A stretch of DNA of 64,000 bases from a virus (Duplodnaviria > Caudoviricetes). Positions 1 through 10,119 of the stretch are shown in pieces; position 1 is the stretch's first letter; each line of letters opens with the position of its first letter. The notes under the pieces were generated by a model. That model was not told the DNA's origin and did not search any database. It saw only the letters and a program-made list of their open reading frames with translations. Both the position numbers and the translations under genes were made by a program. Location of the stretch: positions 20,988-84,987 of the IMG/VR virus record IMGVR_UViG_3300030330_003356; one strand, written 5' to 3'.

Positions 1-1
1 A

Positions 2-3000
2 GTACCTACTTTCATCAAAGGAAAGAATAGTGGTGCAACCGGTTTCTTAAAAGAGGCAGCAACTGATACTAAATCTTTAGTTCTTTATGAAACCTCTGGC
101 AAGTTTATTTTAAACGAGAACTTTATTATAGACGGAGTTGAAAACTCAAGAGTAGCAACTGCTGTCACATCTTATGGTATTAGTGATGTATTATCAGTAT
201 TTGGTAGCGCAAACGGTGCTGAAGTTGGAGCCGCAAGAACTTTCTCTGCTGATGTGGTTCTTACTCCCAATTTTAACGTTGGGGTTGCTACTATTACTGC
301 TGCTGCTAATGATTTTACATCGGTAATTAGATCAACTAATCCTCGTTTCCCAGGACAAATTAAAGCAGGAAATATTATCTCCTTTAGTGGAGATTTATCT
401 CAAGATCCAGTTTTTGCTTCAGTTGTTAGCGTAGCAACTTCTTCTGTAACTGTTACTGGTGTATCAACAGTTGATGGTGTTGCAAGTGGTGCTATTCCTA
501 CTTCTGCATCATCTTTAAATGATGTAAAAGTAATTGCTGGAGATTTGGGAGTTTCTAATGATAGAACTCTTTATACCGAATTATCAAAGAGTAATATTTC
601 AGATGTACAACTTAATGATGCATCTTTGGTAATTAGAAAAACTCAGCAAGTTAACATTGTTGATAATAAGTTATCATCAGCTATCTTAACAGAATCAAAC
701 GAAAGTTTCTTACCATTCACTCCTGAAAGATATCTTCTTATTAGAAGTGATGGTACAACTGAAGAATTAACATCTGATAAGGTACAGATTAATGCTGGAT
801 CTAATCAGTTGGAGATTTTCAATCTTGGATCAGATGATGAAGCGACTTTAGTTACAACAATTACTAAAGTAAAACCAAAGGCAAAGAATAAAATTAAGAA
901 TAGAGTTAATTCTATTGTAATTGATAAGTCTGTCAACAGCGCATCTGGAATTGGTTCAACTACATTGAATGATGGACTGACATATGGAAATTATCCATAT
1001 GGAACAAGAGTACAGGACGAAAATATTTCTCTCAATCATGCTGACTTGATTGAAGTTCATGGTGTTTTTGAATTAGCAACTGATCCTTCAGTCAACAACA
1101 CAAATCCATCTGCACCATCTGTTGTTCTCTCAAACTTAACAGGCCCAACAGGTAAAACTTCAGATTTGGTTATTGGAGAGGAAATTGTTGGAGAAACTTC
1201 AAATGCTCGCGCAATAGTCGCTGTTAAAGAAACTGATTCAAAAATTGTTTATCTTTCTAAAAATCAGATTAATTTCAAAGAAGGTGAAGTTGTTGATTTT
1301 GAAGAGTCGGGAGTTAGAGCAGTTGTCATCACTTTAGACACCCCAAGTAAGGATATCTCATTTAAATACAGTTTCACTAATGGACAAAATGGTGAATTTT
1401 ACAACTATGGTGTCCTGAATAGAAAGAACGATGAAGAAGCACCTCAGAGAAAATTAATTGCATATTTCTCTAATGGTTATTATGAATCAACTGACGATGG
1501 TGATATTACTACTGTAAATTCTTATTCTGGATTTGATTATGCTACAGAAATTCAGGATGTAAACGGAGTAAGAAATTCTGATATCATTGATATTCGTCCT
1601 AAGGTTTCTGATATTGAAACAGTTTCAGAGGGTGATAGATCTCCTCTTGAGTTTAATGGTAGATCATTTAATGTTTCTGGCAATTCTGCTACAAATATCC
1701 TTGCATCAAATGAGGGTATTTTAACTGACTTCTCTTTCTATCTTGGTAGAATTGATAGAGTATATCTCACAAAGGATGGAGTATTCCAAGTTAAGTATGG
1801 AACTCCAGCAGAAAATCCAGAAAAGCCAACATCTGTTGATGATGCACTTGAGATTGCTACGATAACTTTACCACCATTCTTATATAATATTACTGATGCT
1901 AGTAAGAGATTCTTAGAGCATAAGCGTTATAGAATGGTTGATATCAAGCAACTTGAAAATAGAATTAAGAATCTTGAATTCTTCACTTCTTTATCTCTGC
2001 TTGAGACTAACACCGCTAATCTTTTTGTTCCTGATGCAAACGGACTTAACAGATTTAAGTCTGGATTCTTTGTTGATAATTTCACTTCTTTCCTTGCTCA
2101 AGAAGAGTCAGTTGATTTAAAAAATAGTGTTGACTTTAATCAAAAAGAAGCACGTCCTAAGCACTATACAACACAAACTGATTTAACTCAAAGTCTTACC
2201 GGATCGGGTGATCTAAGATTTACTAATCCGGATGGGACAAATATTAGAAAGACAAATGATATTGTCACTCTTGACTATACTGACGAAGTTTGGTTAAGTC
2301 AGCAGTTCTGCACTAGATCTGAAAGTGTAACTCCCTTTATTGTTGGATTCTGGGTAGGTGCTCTAGAACTTCTTCCTGCATCAGATTCTTGGACTGATCA
2401 AGTAAGACTTGAAGCTAATATTGTTCAGGCAGAGGGTAATTTCTCTGAAACTCTTGAAAGAGCGTCTAGAACTCTTAATGTTGATCCTCAAACTGGATTT
2501 GCACCTGCTATCTGGAATTCTTGGGTTAATAATTGGACTGGACAAGAGGAAGGAGTCAGAACCGAGGATAGAACATTAAATGAAAGAAATGTTTTTGAAC
2601 GCGGTAACACCAGATTTGATGTAAGAACATCCACTACATTTAGAGATACTATTAGACAAGTATTTGATACTGGTGTAGCAACTAGAACTGGTACAAGAAC
2701 TGTTGTCACAGAACAATTTGATAACGAATCCCTTGGAGATAGAGTTGTAAGTAGAGATTTAATTTCTTTTGCAAGATCTAGAAATATTGAGTTTAATGTT
2801 AGTTCTCTGAAACCAAATACTCAAGTCTTTGGATTCTTTGATGGAGTGGCGATCACAGATTATTGTATTCCCAAACTTCTTGAAATCAATATGATTTCAG
2901 GAACCTTCCAAGTTGGCGAAACAATTACAGGAACCATGCGTCCTGTGGGGAACGCCCCTGCAACTGACAGTGATCCGCAAATCACTTTTAGAGTAGCACA

Positions 3001-6000
3001 AGCAAATCATAAATCTGGTGCTTTTGATAGTGCAACTGAGGTTTTCACTATTAACCCTTATAATAATACTCAAGTTCTTCCCAGCGCATATTCATCTACA
3101 TCTACGATTTTAAACATCGATACTTTCTCATTATGCGATCAACCACAAGGTGACTTTATCGGTTATGTCGCACCAGAAATGGTTCTGGTTGGAGGAACTA
3201 GTGGTGCTCAAGCCACTATTAGTCAAGTTAGACTCGTATCTGACTTTACTTCTTCATTGATTGGAAGTCTCTTTATTCCTGATCCTAATATTGGCAACAA
3301 CCCAAGATTTGAAGTTGGAACTAAAGTTCTTACGTTTATTGATGACGCTAATAATAATATTAGAAGTGCCACCACTCGTGCTACTTCAACATTCTTGATT
3401 AGTGGTGTCATAGAAACAGTACAAGAAAATATTGTTTCTATTAGAAACGCCAACGTACAGTCACAAGAAATTTCTGATGAGAGAGATATCAGAAGACAAA
3501 ATGAAACTGTAGGAACTCAAGTTCTTAGCACCGAAGTAATTGCTGAGCAAACTAGAACCTTCACTGAAAATATAAATCGTGGAGGTGGAGATCCTCTTGC
3601 ACAAACTTTTGTGGTTGAAGACACAACAGGAATCTTTATCACCAAATGTGATGTGTTCTTTGAGCAAGTTGATAATCTTGGAATCCCTGTAATTTGGGAA
3701 CTTAGAACAGTTGAAAATGGAGTGCCGACTACAAAAATTCTTCCATTGTCTCAAGTAATACTACCAGCTGATCAAATTAATGTCAGCGATGATGGTTCAG
3801 TTGCTACAACCTTTACTCTTAAGGCACCTGTATATCTCGAACCTGGTGTTGAATATGCTATGGTTATGCGCTCTGCATCTGCAAGATATAGAGTCTTTAT
3901 CTCAAGAGTTGGTGAAAATGATCTTATCACCCAAACATTCGTTTCTAACCAACCCTATCTTGGATCTCTTTATAAGTCTCAAAACGGATCTGTTTGGGAA
4001 CCAAGTCAGTGGGAAGATCTTAAGTTTACGCTTTACAGAGCTAATTTCGTTGAAAATGGTTCTATTGAAGTCTATAGTCCTCAGTTAAGCAGTGGTAATA
4101 ATCAAATTGCCAAACTTGTTCCAAATTCAATCAACCTTGTTTCTAGATCTGTTCGTATCGGCATAGGATCCACTCTTCAAGATACTGATCTTACTCTCGG
4201 CAACACGATTGTTCAACACGGAAGTAATGCATCTGGTAACTTTGTTGGAAAAGCGGGCATCGCTACTGGAACTTTAAACATTATTAATTCTGGAATTGGA
4301 TTCACTCCATCCTCTGGATATCTTGAGTATACCGGTGTTGAATTAATTAACATCACCAGTAACGGTAGAAATGCAAAAGCAGACATTACCATTGATAATG
4401 GTGTTGCAGTTGGCGCAACTATTTCTGAATACGTCGCTGCAAGTGGCGGACAAGGATATGTAATTGGTGATGTCTTAGGAGTTTCTACGATTGGAAATAA
4501 CAATCTTGGTAGAAATCTTAGATTGTCTCTCGTATCTATTGCTAATACAAATGAACTCCTCTTAGATAATGTTCAGGGAGACTTTATTACAGGTGCAGGA
4601 AATACCGTACAATTTATCAATAACTCTGGACTTAGAACCGATTTAAATGCTGCTCAAGGTGGAAATGCACTGATTGATGGTATTAACGACATTGTAAGTG
4701 ATGGTATTCATTTCAGCGTCAATCATAGAAACCATGGCATGTACTTTGCGGACAACAGAGTTGCAATCTCTGATGTTGAATCAGATATTCTCCCCATTAA
4801 ACTCACTGCTGCAATTGATTCTTCTTCAACATCACCTATCACGGTTGATTCTACGACAGGATTTGATACCTTTGAAAATGTAGGTGTTGGAACAACTAAC
4901 TTAGGTTATCTCAAGATTGGTAATGAAATTGTATCTTATGAAGCAGCATCTGGAAATAGCATTACCATTGTCGAAAGAGGAATTGATAGCACGTCTGCTG
5001 AAAATTACTCTGCAGGAACACAGGTATTTAAATATGAACTTGGTAATGTTTCTCTGAGAAGAATCAATAAAACACATAATCTGAATGATGTGACTGCCGC
5101 AAGTCCTCGTACTTTTGACTCATATAAAGTCAAACTCAACATGGGAGAAAGTGGAGTTGGACGTTCAACTGGCGAAAGTTTCCCCATTCTTTATATGGGC
5201 GAAACAAAATCAACTGGTGGATCTAAGATTAAGGCTACTCAAAACATTCCTTTTGAGATCTTAACTCCACAGATTCAGCATATGACTGTTCAGGGAACAA
5301 ACATTGATGCTCAAGTTAGAACGATCTCTGGATCTTCAATTAGTGGTAATGAAATTCCTTACATTGATCAAGGATTTGAAGAAATTTCAGTATCAAGTCC
5401 AAATTATTTCAGCACACCAAGAATTATTGCTTCTAAGGTAAACGAAGACGCAAAACTGTCCACTTTACCTGGCAATAAATCAATGACTCTGAGACTCAAC
5501 TTCGGAACAACTGATTCAAGAGTTTCTCCTGTCATTGATACCCAGAGAATGAGTGTTGTTACAACTTCTAATAGAGTTGATAATGTCATCACTAACTATA
5601 TTACTGATAGTAGAGTGAACGGTATTGAAACTGATCCAACTGGTTTCCAATATCTTTCTAAGGAAATTTCTCTTGAAAATCCTGCTACTTCATTGAAAAT
5701 TATTGTTGAAGTGTTTAAAGATAGAGATGCTGATATCAGAGGATTCTTTGCAATCGCTGATCATCAAAACTTTAATCCAATTTATGAAGCATTCCCTGGA
5801 TTTAATAACATTAACGAAAGAGGACAAATTATCGATGTTGCAAATAATGACGGTTCTAGTGACACTTTTGTCGCCCCTGCTGAAGACTTTAGAGAGCACA
5901 CATTCACAATTGATGAACTCCCTTCCTTCAACTCATATAGAATCAAACTCCTCCTCACTTCAACTAACCAGGCCAATCCACCTAGAATCAGAAATCTGAG

Positions 6001-6019
6001 AGTGATCGCACTTGCATAA
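2..6019 (+). CDS. Very large virion structural protein, VrlC/DUF4815-like; 5'-truncated by the window edge
   Basis: The frame of the 254..6019 ORF is open back to base 2 (VPTFIKGKNSGATGFLKE...). Motifs YLGRIDRVYL, RYRMVDIKQLENRIKNLEFFTSLSLLE, RFKSGFFVDNF and GGDPLAQTF match the large structural protein that precedes the neck genes in T4-like cyanophages. Confidence 0.8.
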   Translation, partial: VPTFIKGKNSGATGFLKEAATDTKSLVLYETSGKFILNENFIIDGVENSRVATAVTSYGISDVLSVFGSANGAEVGAARTFSADVVLTPNFNVGVATITAAANDFTSVIRSTNPRFPGQIKAGNIISFSGDLSQDPVFASVVSVATSSVTVTGVSTVDGVASGAIPTSASSLNDVKVIAGDLGVSNDRTLYTELSKSNISDVQLNDASLVIRKTQQVNIVDNKLSSAILTESNESFLPFTPERYLLIRSDGTTEELTSDKVQINAGSNQLEIFNLGSDDEATLVTTITKVKPKAKNKIKNRVNSIVIDKSVNSASGIGSTTLNDGLTYGNYPYGTRVQDENISLNHADLIEVHGVFELATDPSVNNTNPSAPSVVLSNLTGPTGKTSDLVIGEEIVGETSNARAIVAVKETDSKIVYLSKNQINFKEGEVVDFEESGVRAVVITLDTPSKDISFKYSFTNGQNGEFYNYGVLNRKNDEEAPQRKLIAYFSNGYYESTDDGDITTVNSYSGFDYATEIQDVNGVRNSDIIDIRPKVSDIETVSEGDRSPLEFNGRSFNVSGNSATNILASNEGILTDFSFYLGRIDRVYLTKDGVFQVKYGTPAENPEKPTSVDDALEIATITLPPFLYNITDASKRFLEHKRYRMVDIKQLENRIKNLEFFTSLSLLETNTANLFVPDANGLNRFKSGFFVDNFTSFLAQEESVDLKNSVDFNQKEARPKHYTTQTDLTQSLTGSGDLRFTNPDGTNIRKTNDIVTLDYTDEVWLSQQFCTRSESVTPFIVGFWVGALELLPASDSWTDQVRLEANIVQAEGNFSETLERASRTLNVDPQTGFAPAIWNSWVNNWTGQEEGVRTEDRTLNERNVFERGNTRFDVRTSTTFRDTIRQVFDTGVATRTGTRTVVTEQFDNESLGDRVVSRDLISFARSRNIEFNVSSLKPNTQVFGFFDGVAITDYCIPKLLEINMISGTFQVGETITGTMRPVGNAPATDSDPQITFRVAQANHKSGAFDSATEVFTINPYNNTQVLPSAYSSTSTILNIDTFSLCDQPQGDFIGYVAPEMVLVGGTSGAQATISQVRLVSDFTSSLIGSLFIPDPNIGNNPRFEVGTKVLTFIDDANNNIRSATTRATSTFLISGVIETVQENIVSIRNANVQSQEISDERDIRRQNETVGTQVLSTEVIAEQTRTFTENINRGGGDPLAQTFVVEDTTGIFITKCDVFFEQVDNLGIPVIWELRTVENGVPTTKILPLSQVILPADQINVSDDGSVATTFTLKAPVYLEPGVEYAMVMRSASARYRVFISRVGENDLITQTFVSNQPYLGSLYKSQNGSVWEPSQWEDLKFTLYRANFVENGSIEVYSPQLSSGNNQIAKLVPNSINLVSRSVRIGIGSTLQDTDLTLGNTIVQHGSNASGNFVGKAGIATGTLNIINSGIGFTPSSGYLEYTGVELINITSNGRNAKADITIDNGVAVGATISEYVAASGGQGYVIGDVLGVSTIGNNNLGRNLRLSLVSIANTNELLLDNVQGDFITGAGNTVQFINNSGLRTDLNAAQGGNALIDGINDIVSDGIHFSVNHRNHGMYFADNRVAISDVESDILPIKLTAAIDSSSTSPITVDSTTGFDTFENVGVGTTNLGYLKIGNEIVSYEAASGNSITIVERGIDSTSAENYSAGTQVFKYELGNVSLRRINKTHNLNDVTAASPRTFDSYKVKLNMGESGVGRSTGESFPILYMGETKSTGGSKIKATQNIPFEILTPQIQHMTVQGTNIDAQVRTISGSSISGNEIPYIDQGFEEISVSSPNYFSTPRIIASKVNEDAKLSTLPGNKSMTLRLNFGTTDSRVSPVIDTQRMSVVTTSNRVDNVITNYITDSRVNGIETDPTGFQYLSKEISLENPATSLKIIVEVFKDRDADIRGFFAIADHQNFNPIYEAFPGFNNINERGQIIDVANNDGSSDTFVAPAEDFREHTFTIDELPSFNSYRIKLLLTSTNQANPPRIRNLRVIALA

Positions 6020-6258
6020 TGAAACACTTAAAAGTTGAAGGACACAATAACCTTCTCAGAGATAGTGAAACCGGAGCTATCATCAATAACGATAAATCTG
6101 GTTTCTCTTCATATATGATGAGTAAGAATGTTAAAAATGAAGAGAGTATTAGAATACAGAATGTTGAGCGAGATCTTGCTAACATTCATAATGAAATCAG
6201 TGAACTAAAATCACTTCTCAAGGAGGCACTCTATGGATCCCGAATCGATCAAACTTAG
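6019..6258 (+). CDS. Conserved hypothetical protein, 79 aa, C-terminal coiled coil
   Basis: ATG overlaps the upstream TAA; KVEGHNNLLRDSETGAIIN followed by a heptad-like tail. Confidence 0.7.
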   Translation: MKHLKVEGHNNLLRDSETGAIINNDKSGFSSYMMSKNVKNEESIRIQNVERDLANIHNEISELKSLLKEALYGSRIDQT

Positions 6259-6409
6259 CAATTTATCTAAAAGTTTTGAATATACCAAATTAGCATCTGA
6301 GATAGATAGTTGTGATGATAGAGATACTTTGAGAAACATCGCAAAGTCATTTGTAAAACTTTATTATAAACAACAAGAGACTTTATCAGTAATAAACATA
6401 AATGGCTAA
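6233..6409 (+). CDS. Small helical protein, 58 aa, missing from the ORF track; weak NblA-like pattern
   Basis: Hand translation MDPESIKLSNLSKSFEYTKLASEIDSCDDRDTLRNIAKSFVKLYYKQQETLSVINING*; GGAGG lies upstream; fills the gap between two genes. Confidence 0.7.
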   Translation: MDPESIKLSNLSKSFEYTKLASEIDSCDDRDTLRNIAKSFVKLYYKQQETLSVINING

Positions 6410-6821
6410 TCAGAACGTAACCTTTGATGTAGCATCTGGTGCTCCATATGCCGTAAATTTAAACATTTACGGCGGGGCAAACTTTAGTGATAAGTTTACA
6501 ATTACTAATCCAAACGGAACTGCATTTAGATTTGATACTGGTGCTGGATCAACTCCTAGCAGTCCTGTTGAGTGGAGTGGTTCTGCCGCCATGTCCAAAA
6601 GTGTTGCTGTTGGAGCTACTTTAGGAGTTACGACTGCATTTACTGTAGGATTTACCAGCGCGAGAGATGGTGTTATGACATTATCTCTTAATCCAGCGGC
6701 TACTAGAAATCTTAAACCTGGTAGATATGTTTATGATGTCCTGGTGAGTTCTGGTAATACCACTTACAATATTATTAATGGTGATGTTTTAGTTAAAGCA
6801 GGTATTGCTACAAACCCATAA
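6402..6821 (+). CDS. Putative virion beta-sandwich protein, 139 aa
   Basis: Beta-rich; ends LKPGRYVYDVLVSSGNTTYNIINGDVLV, a pattern common in small phage structural proteins. Confidence 0.6.
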   Translation: MANQNVTFDVASGAPYAVNLNIYGGANFSDKFTITNPNGTAFRFDTGAGSTPSSPVEWSGSAAMSKSVAVGATLGVTTAFTVGFTSARDGVMTLSLNPAATRNLKPGRYVYDVLVSSGNTTYNIINGDVLVKAGIATNP

Positions 6822-6824
6822 ATA
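6817..6824 (+). promoter_or_regulatory. T4-type late promoter (CATAAATA) upstream of gp13
   Basis: Near match to the gp55 consensus TATAAATA, overlapping the upstream stop codon. Confidence 0.6.
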
Positions 6825-6840
6825 GGTAAAAAGTAGATAA

Positions 6841-7686
6841 ATGCAACCATCAACTAGAGCGGAGTTAGTAGACTACTGCAAAAGAAAGTTAGGTGCTCCT
6901 GTCCTTGAGATCAACGTTGCTGATGAGCAAATAGAGGACTTAGTTGATGATGCAATTCAATATTTTCATGAAAGACACTTTGATGGTGTTGGACAAGTAT
7001 TTTTAAAATATCAAATAACTCAAGACGATATTAACAGAGGTAGAAGTCCTTCCTCTAGCGTAACTCAAGCTGGTATTGTTACCACAACAGCAACAGCAAC
7101 TATTGATGGTGCTGATACTACATTTTCATACGAAGAAAACAGCAACTATTTACAAATCCCTCCCTCTGTTATTGGGGTAAATAAAATATTTCAATTTGCT
7201 GGTGGTAATTCAATCACTAACAATATGTTTAGTGTGAAATATCAATTATTCCTCAATGATGTTTACTTCTTCGGAAACACGGAGTTATTGTCATACGCTA
7301 TGACAAAGACTTATCTTGAAGATCTTGATTTCTTATTAAACACTCATAAGCAAATCAGATTTAATCAAAGGATGGATAGATTATATCTTGATATTGATTG
7401 GAGTAGTGTTACTGTTGGTGAGTATATAATTATTGATTGCTTCAGAACAGTTGATCCGAATGATTTTTCAAGAGTTTATAACGATTCTTTCTTAAAACCA
7501 TATCTCACTGCATTAATCAAGCGTCAATGGGGACAAAACTTGATGAAGTTCCAAGGAGTCAAACTCCCTGGTGGAGTTGAACTCAATGGTAGACAAATTT
7601 ATGAAGATGGACAAAATGATCTAGATAAAATCATGGAAAAAATGTCCAATACTTATGAACTTCCTCCCCTTGACTTTATCGGATAA
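6841..7686 (+). CDS. gp13: Neck protein gp13
   Basis: ELVDYCKRKLGAPVLEINVADEQIEDLVDDAIQYF, ALIKRQWGQNLMKFQGVKLPGGVELNGRQIY; synteny. Confidence 0.93.
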   Translation: MQPSTRAELVDYCKRKLGAPVLEINVADEQIEDLVDDAIQYFHERHFDGVGQVFLKYQITQDDINRGRSPSSSVTQAGIVTTTATATIDGADTTFSYEENSNYLQIPPSVIGVNKIFQFAGGNSITNNMFSVKYQLFLNDVYFFGNTELLSYAMTKTYLEDLDFLLNTHKQIRFNQRMDRLYLDIDWSSVTVGEYIIIDCFRTVDPNDFSRVYNDSFLKPYLTALIKRQWGQNLMKFQGVKLPGGVELNGRQIYEDGQNDLDKIMEKMSNTYELPPLDFIG

Positions 7687-9083
7687 TGGCGTTAAATCCT
7701 TTTTTCTTACAAGGCTCTCAAGGAGAGCAAAGTCTTGTTCAAGACTTGATCAACGAACAGTTGAGGATGTATGGTGTTGAAGTATATTACTTACCAAGAC
7801 AATACGTCACTAAAAACAAGGTAATACGAGAAGTAATTACTTCAGAATTTAATCAATCATATCCCATTGAGGCATATGTTGACAATTTTGATGGATATGG
7901 CGATAATACAGTTCTTTTATCAAAATTTGGTGTTCAAGCAACGAGTGAACTTAAGTTAATCATTTCACAAGAGAGATTTTCTAGTTATATTACTCCACTG
8001 ATTAAGAATTTACCAAATATTGAACTTGCAACTCGTCCAAAAGAGGGAGATCTGATTTATTTCCCACTTGGTGATAGACTTTTTGAAATTAAGTTTGTTG
8101 AGCACGAAAAACCTTTTTATCAGTTACAAAAAAATTACGTTTACGAATTAACTTGCGAACTGTTCAGAGGGGAAGATGAGGTTCTGGATACTGGTATTGA
8201 GGAAATCGATGATACCTTCGATGTGGAAGGAAATATCAGATCTCTCACGCTTATCGGATCTGGATCCACCGCAACCGCTATCTCTGGAAGAATTGCTAGC
8301 GGTGCCGTCAACCAAATTATCGTTACCTCTAGAGGTGAAAAATACAATTATCCACCCGCTGTTGCGATTTCATCTGCACCTACCGGTGGTATCCGCGCCA
8401 CAGGAATTTCAACCTTACGTAACGACATTGTTAATTGTGATGGAACTCTGATTGGAGAAAAAGTACAAGGAGTCTTTATTTCTAATCCTGGTGCGGGATA
8501 TACAGTCAATCCCGGTATTGTATTCGTAGGAGTTAACACTAATCCTGGTGTTGGTGCTGCTGCAACAACTAGAATATCTGATAATACAGTTGGTGTTGTA
8601 ACTATTAGTGATGGTGGTGGAGGATATGTATCTGCACCAACAGTTACGTTCAGCAGCCCTGGAATTGGTACAACTGCACAAGGTGTTGCCGTCGTCTCTG
8701 CTGCAGGAACAGTTACTGCAATTTATTTGACAAATGCTGGTGCTGGATACACAGTGGCACCTACTATCACCCTATCCGCTCCAGATCTTGGTGGAAGCGG
8801 AGACTTTATTCCCACAGAGACTATCACTGGTTCTACAAGTGGCGTTACTGGAATTGTTAAAACTTGGAATTCTGTCACAAACGTTCTTACATATTCTAAC
8901 GTCTCTGGCGACTTTGTTGCTGGCGAGACAATTACTGGATCTGAAAGCAGTGCTTCCTATGTAATTAGGGTTGTAGAAGATGACAACACTGTGAATAAGT
9001 ACCCCGATAATGATGAAATTGAACTCTCTGCTAAGGATGGAATCTTAGATTTCTCAGAATCAAATCCCTTTGGGAATCCTTAA
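7686..9083 (+). CDS. gp14: Neck protein gp14 with extended repeat-containing C-terminus
   Basis: MALNPFFLQGS...EQSLVQDLINEQLRMYGVEVYYLPR, RPKEGDLIYFPL, FEIKFVEHEKPFYQL, ending DFSESNPFGNP. Confidence 0.92.
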   Translation: MALNPFFLQGSQGEQSLVQDLINEQLRMYGVEVYYLPRQYVTKNKVIREVITSEFNQSYPIEAYVDNFDGYGDNTVLLSKFGVQATSELKLIISQERFSSYITPLIKNLPNIELATRPKEGDLIYFPLGDRLFEIKFVEHEKPFYQLQKNYVYELTCELFRGEDEVLDTGIEEIDDTFDVEGNIRSLTLIGSGSTATAISGRIASGAVNQIIVTSRGEKYNYPPAVAISSAPTGGIRATGISTLRNDIVNCDGTLIGEKVQGVFISNPGAGYTVNPGIVFVGVNTNPGVGAAATTRISDNTVGVVTISDGGGGYVSAPTVTFSSPGIGTTAQGVAVVSAAGTVTAIYLTNAGAGYTVAPTITLSAPDLGGSGDFIPTETITGSTSGVTGIVKTWNSVTNVLTYSNVSGDFVAGETITGSESSASYVIRVVEDDNTVNKYPDNDEIELSAKDGILDFSESNPFGNP

Positions 9084-9084
9084 C

Positions 9085-9091
9085 CTAAATA
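9085..9091 (+). promoter_or_regulatory. Late promoter (CTAAATA) upstream of gp15
   Basis: TAAATA core about 20 nt before the ATG. Confidence 0.55.
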
Positions 9092-9111
9092 GAGTTAACT
9101 AAGGCAATTGT

Positions 9112-10119
9112 ATGTTTGAATACTTTTACCATGAAATTCTGAGACGAACGATTATTTCGTTTGGAAGTCTTTTTAATGGAATTGAAATCAAGCATTTAGA
9201 TTCCAGTGGAGACGTTGATGAAGTTATCAAGGTTCCATTGGCATACGGGCCTACCCAAAAGTTTTTAGCAAGACTTGAGCAATCGGCAGATCTCAACAAA
9301 CCAACGTCGATTACTCTCCCAAGAATGTCATTTGAATTCACGGGACTTCAGTATGATGGCACAAGAAAAGTAACTACAACTCAAACTTTTAAATCCCAGA
9401 GTGTAGGAATTGCAACGGCAATCAGAAAAACCTACATGCCTGTTCCTTACAATATGTCGTTTGAACTATCAATCTTCACTAAGTTGAATGATGATATGCT
9501 TCAAATTGTTGAACAGATTTTACCATATTTTCAACCAGCATACACTCTTTCAGTTAATCTGGTAGATACAATTGGTGAGAAAAGAGATATTCCCATCGTG
9601 ATTGAAAATGTCACAATGCAAGATGATTACGAAGGCAATTACAGCACCAGACGCTCTCTTCTCTATACAATAAGATTTACTGCTAAGACATATCTGTTTG
9701 GCCCTGTTGGAGATACAACAAAGGCATCCAGAGATCTTATCAAAAAGGTTCGTGTTGGATATGTTCAAGACGATACTTCGACTCCAACCAGAGATCTTAC
9801 CTATACTGTTATTCCAAGAGCGACACAGAGTTACACAGACAACGTTGTAACAAATCTCGCAGAAGATGTTGGAACGACTACCAATATTCTGCAAGTAAAT
9901 GATTCTTCTGGAATTGCAGAAAATACTTATATCACGATTAATAATGAATCTATATACGTCGATCGAAAAGAAGGGAATACTTTATTTACGAAGAGAGGAC
10001 AAGACAACACTATTACAGGTTCCCATGTTCGTGGCACTGCAGTCAATCTCATCACTGATGCTGATGATGCTCTTATTGAAATAGGTGATGACTTTGGATT
10101 TGACGGGAGTATCTCATGA
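9112..10119 (+). CDS. gp15: Tail sheath stabilizer / completion protein gp15
   Basis: FYHEILRRTIISFGSLFNGI, KVPLAYGPTQKFLARL, LPRMSFE, QIVEQILPYFQP. Confidence 0.92.
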   Translation: MFEYFYHEILRRTIISFGSLFNGIEIKHLDSSGDVDEVIKVPLAYGPTQKFLARLEQSADLNKPTSITLPRMSFEFTGLQYDGTRKVTTTQTFKSQSVGIATAIRKTYMPVPYNMSFELSIFTKLNDDMLQIVEQILPYFQPAYTLSVNLVDTIGEKRDIPIVIENVTMQDDYEGNYSTRRSLLYTIRFTAKTYLFGPVGDTTKASRDLIKKVRVGYVQDDTSTPTRDLTYTVIPRATQSYTDNVVTNLAEDVGTTTNILQVNDSSGIAENTYITINNESIYVDRKEGNTLFTKRGQDNTITGSHVRGTAVNLITDADDALIEIGDDFGFDGSIS

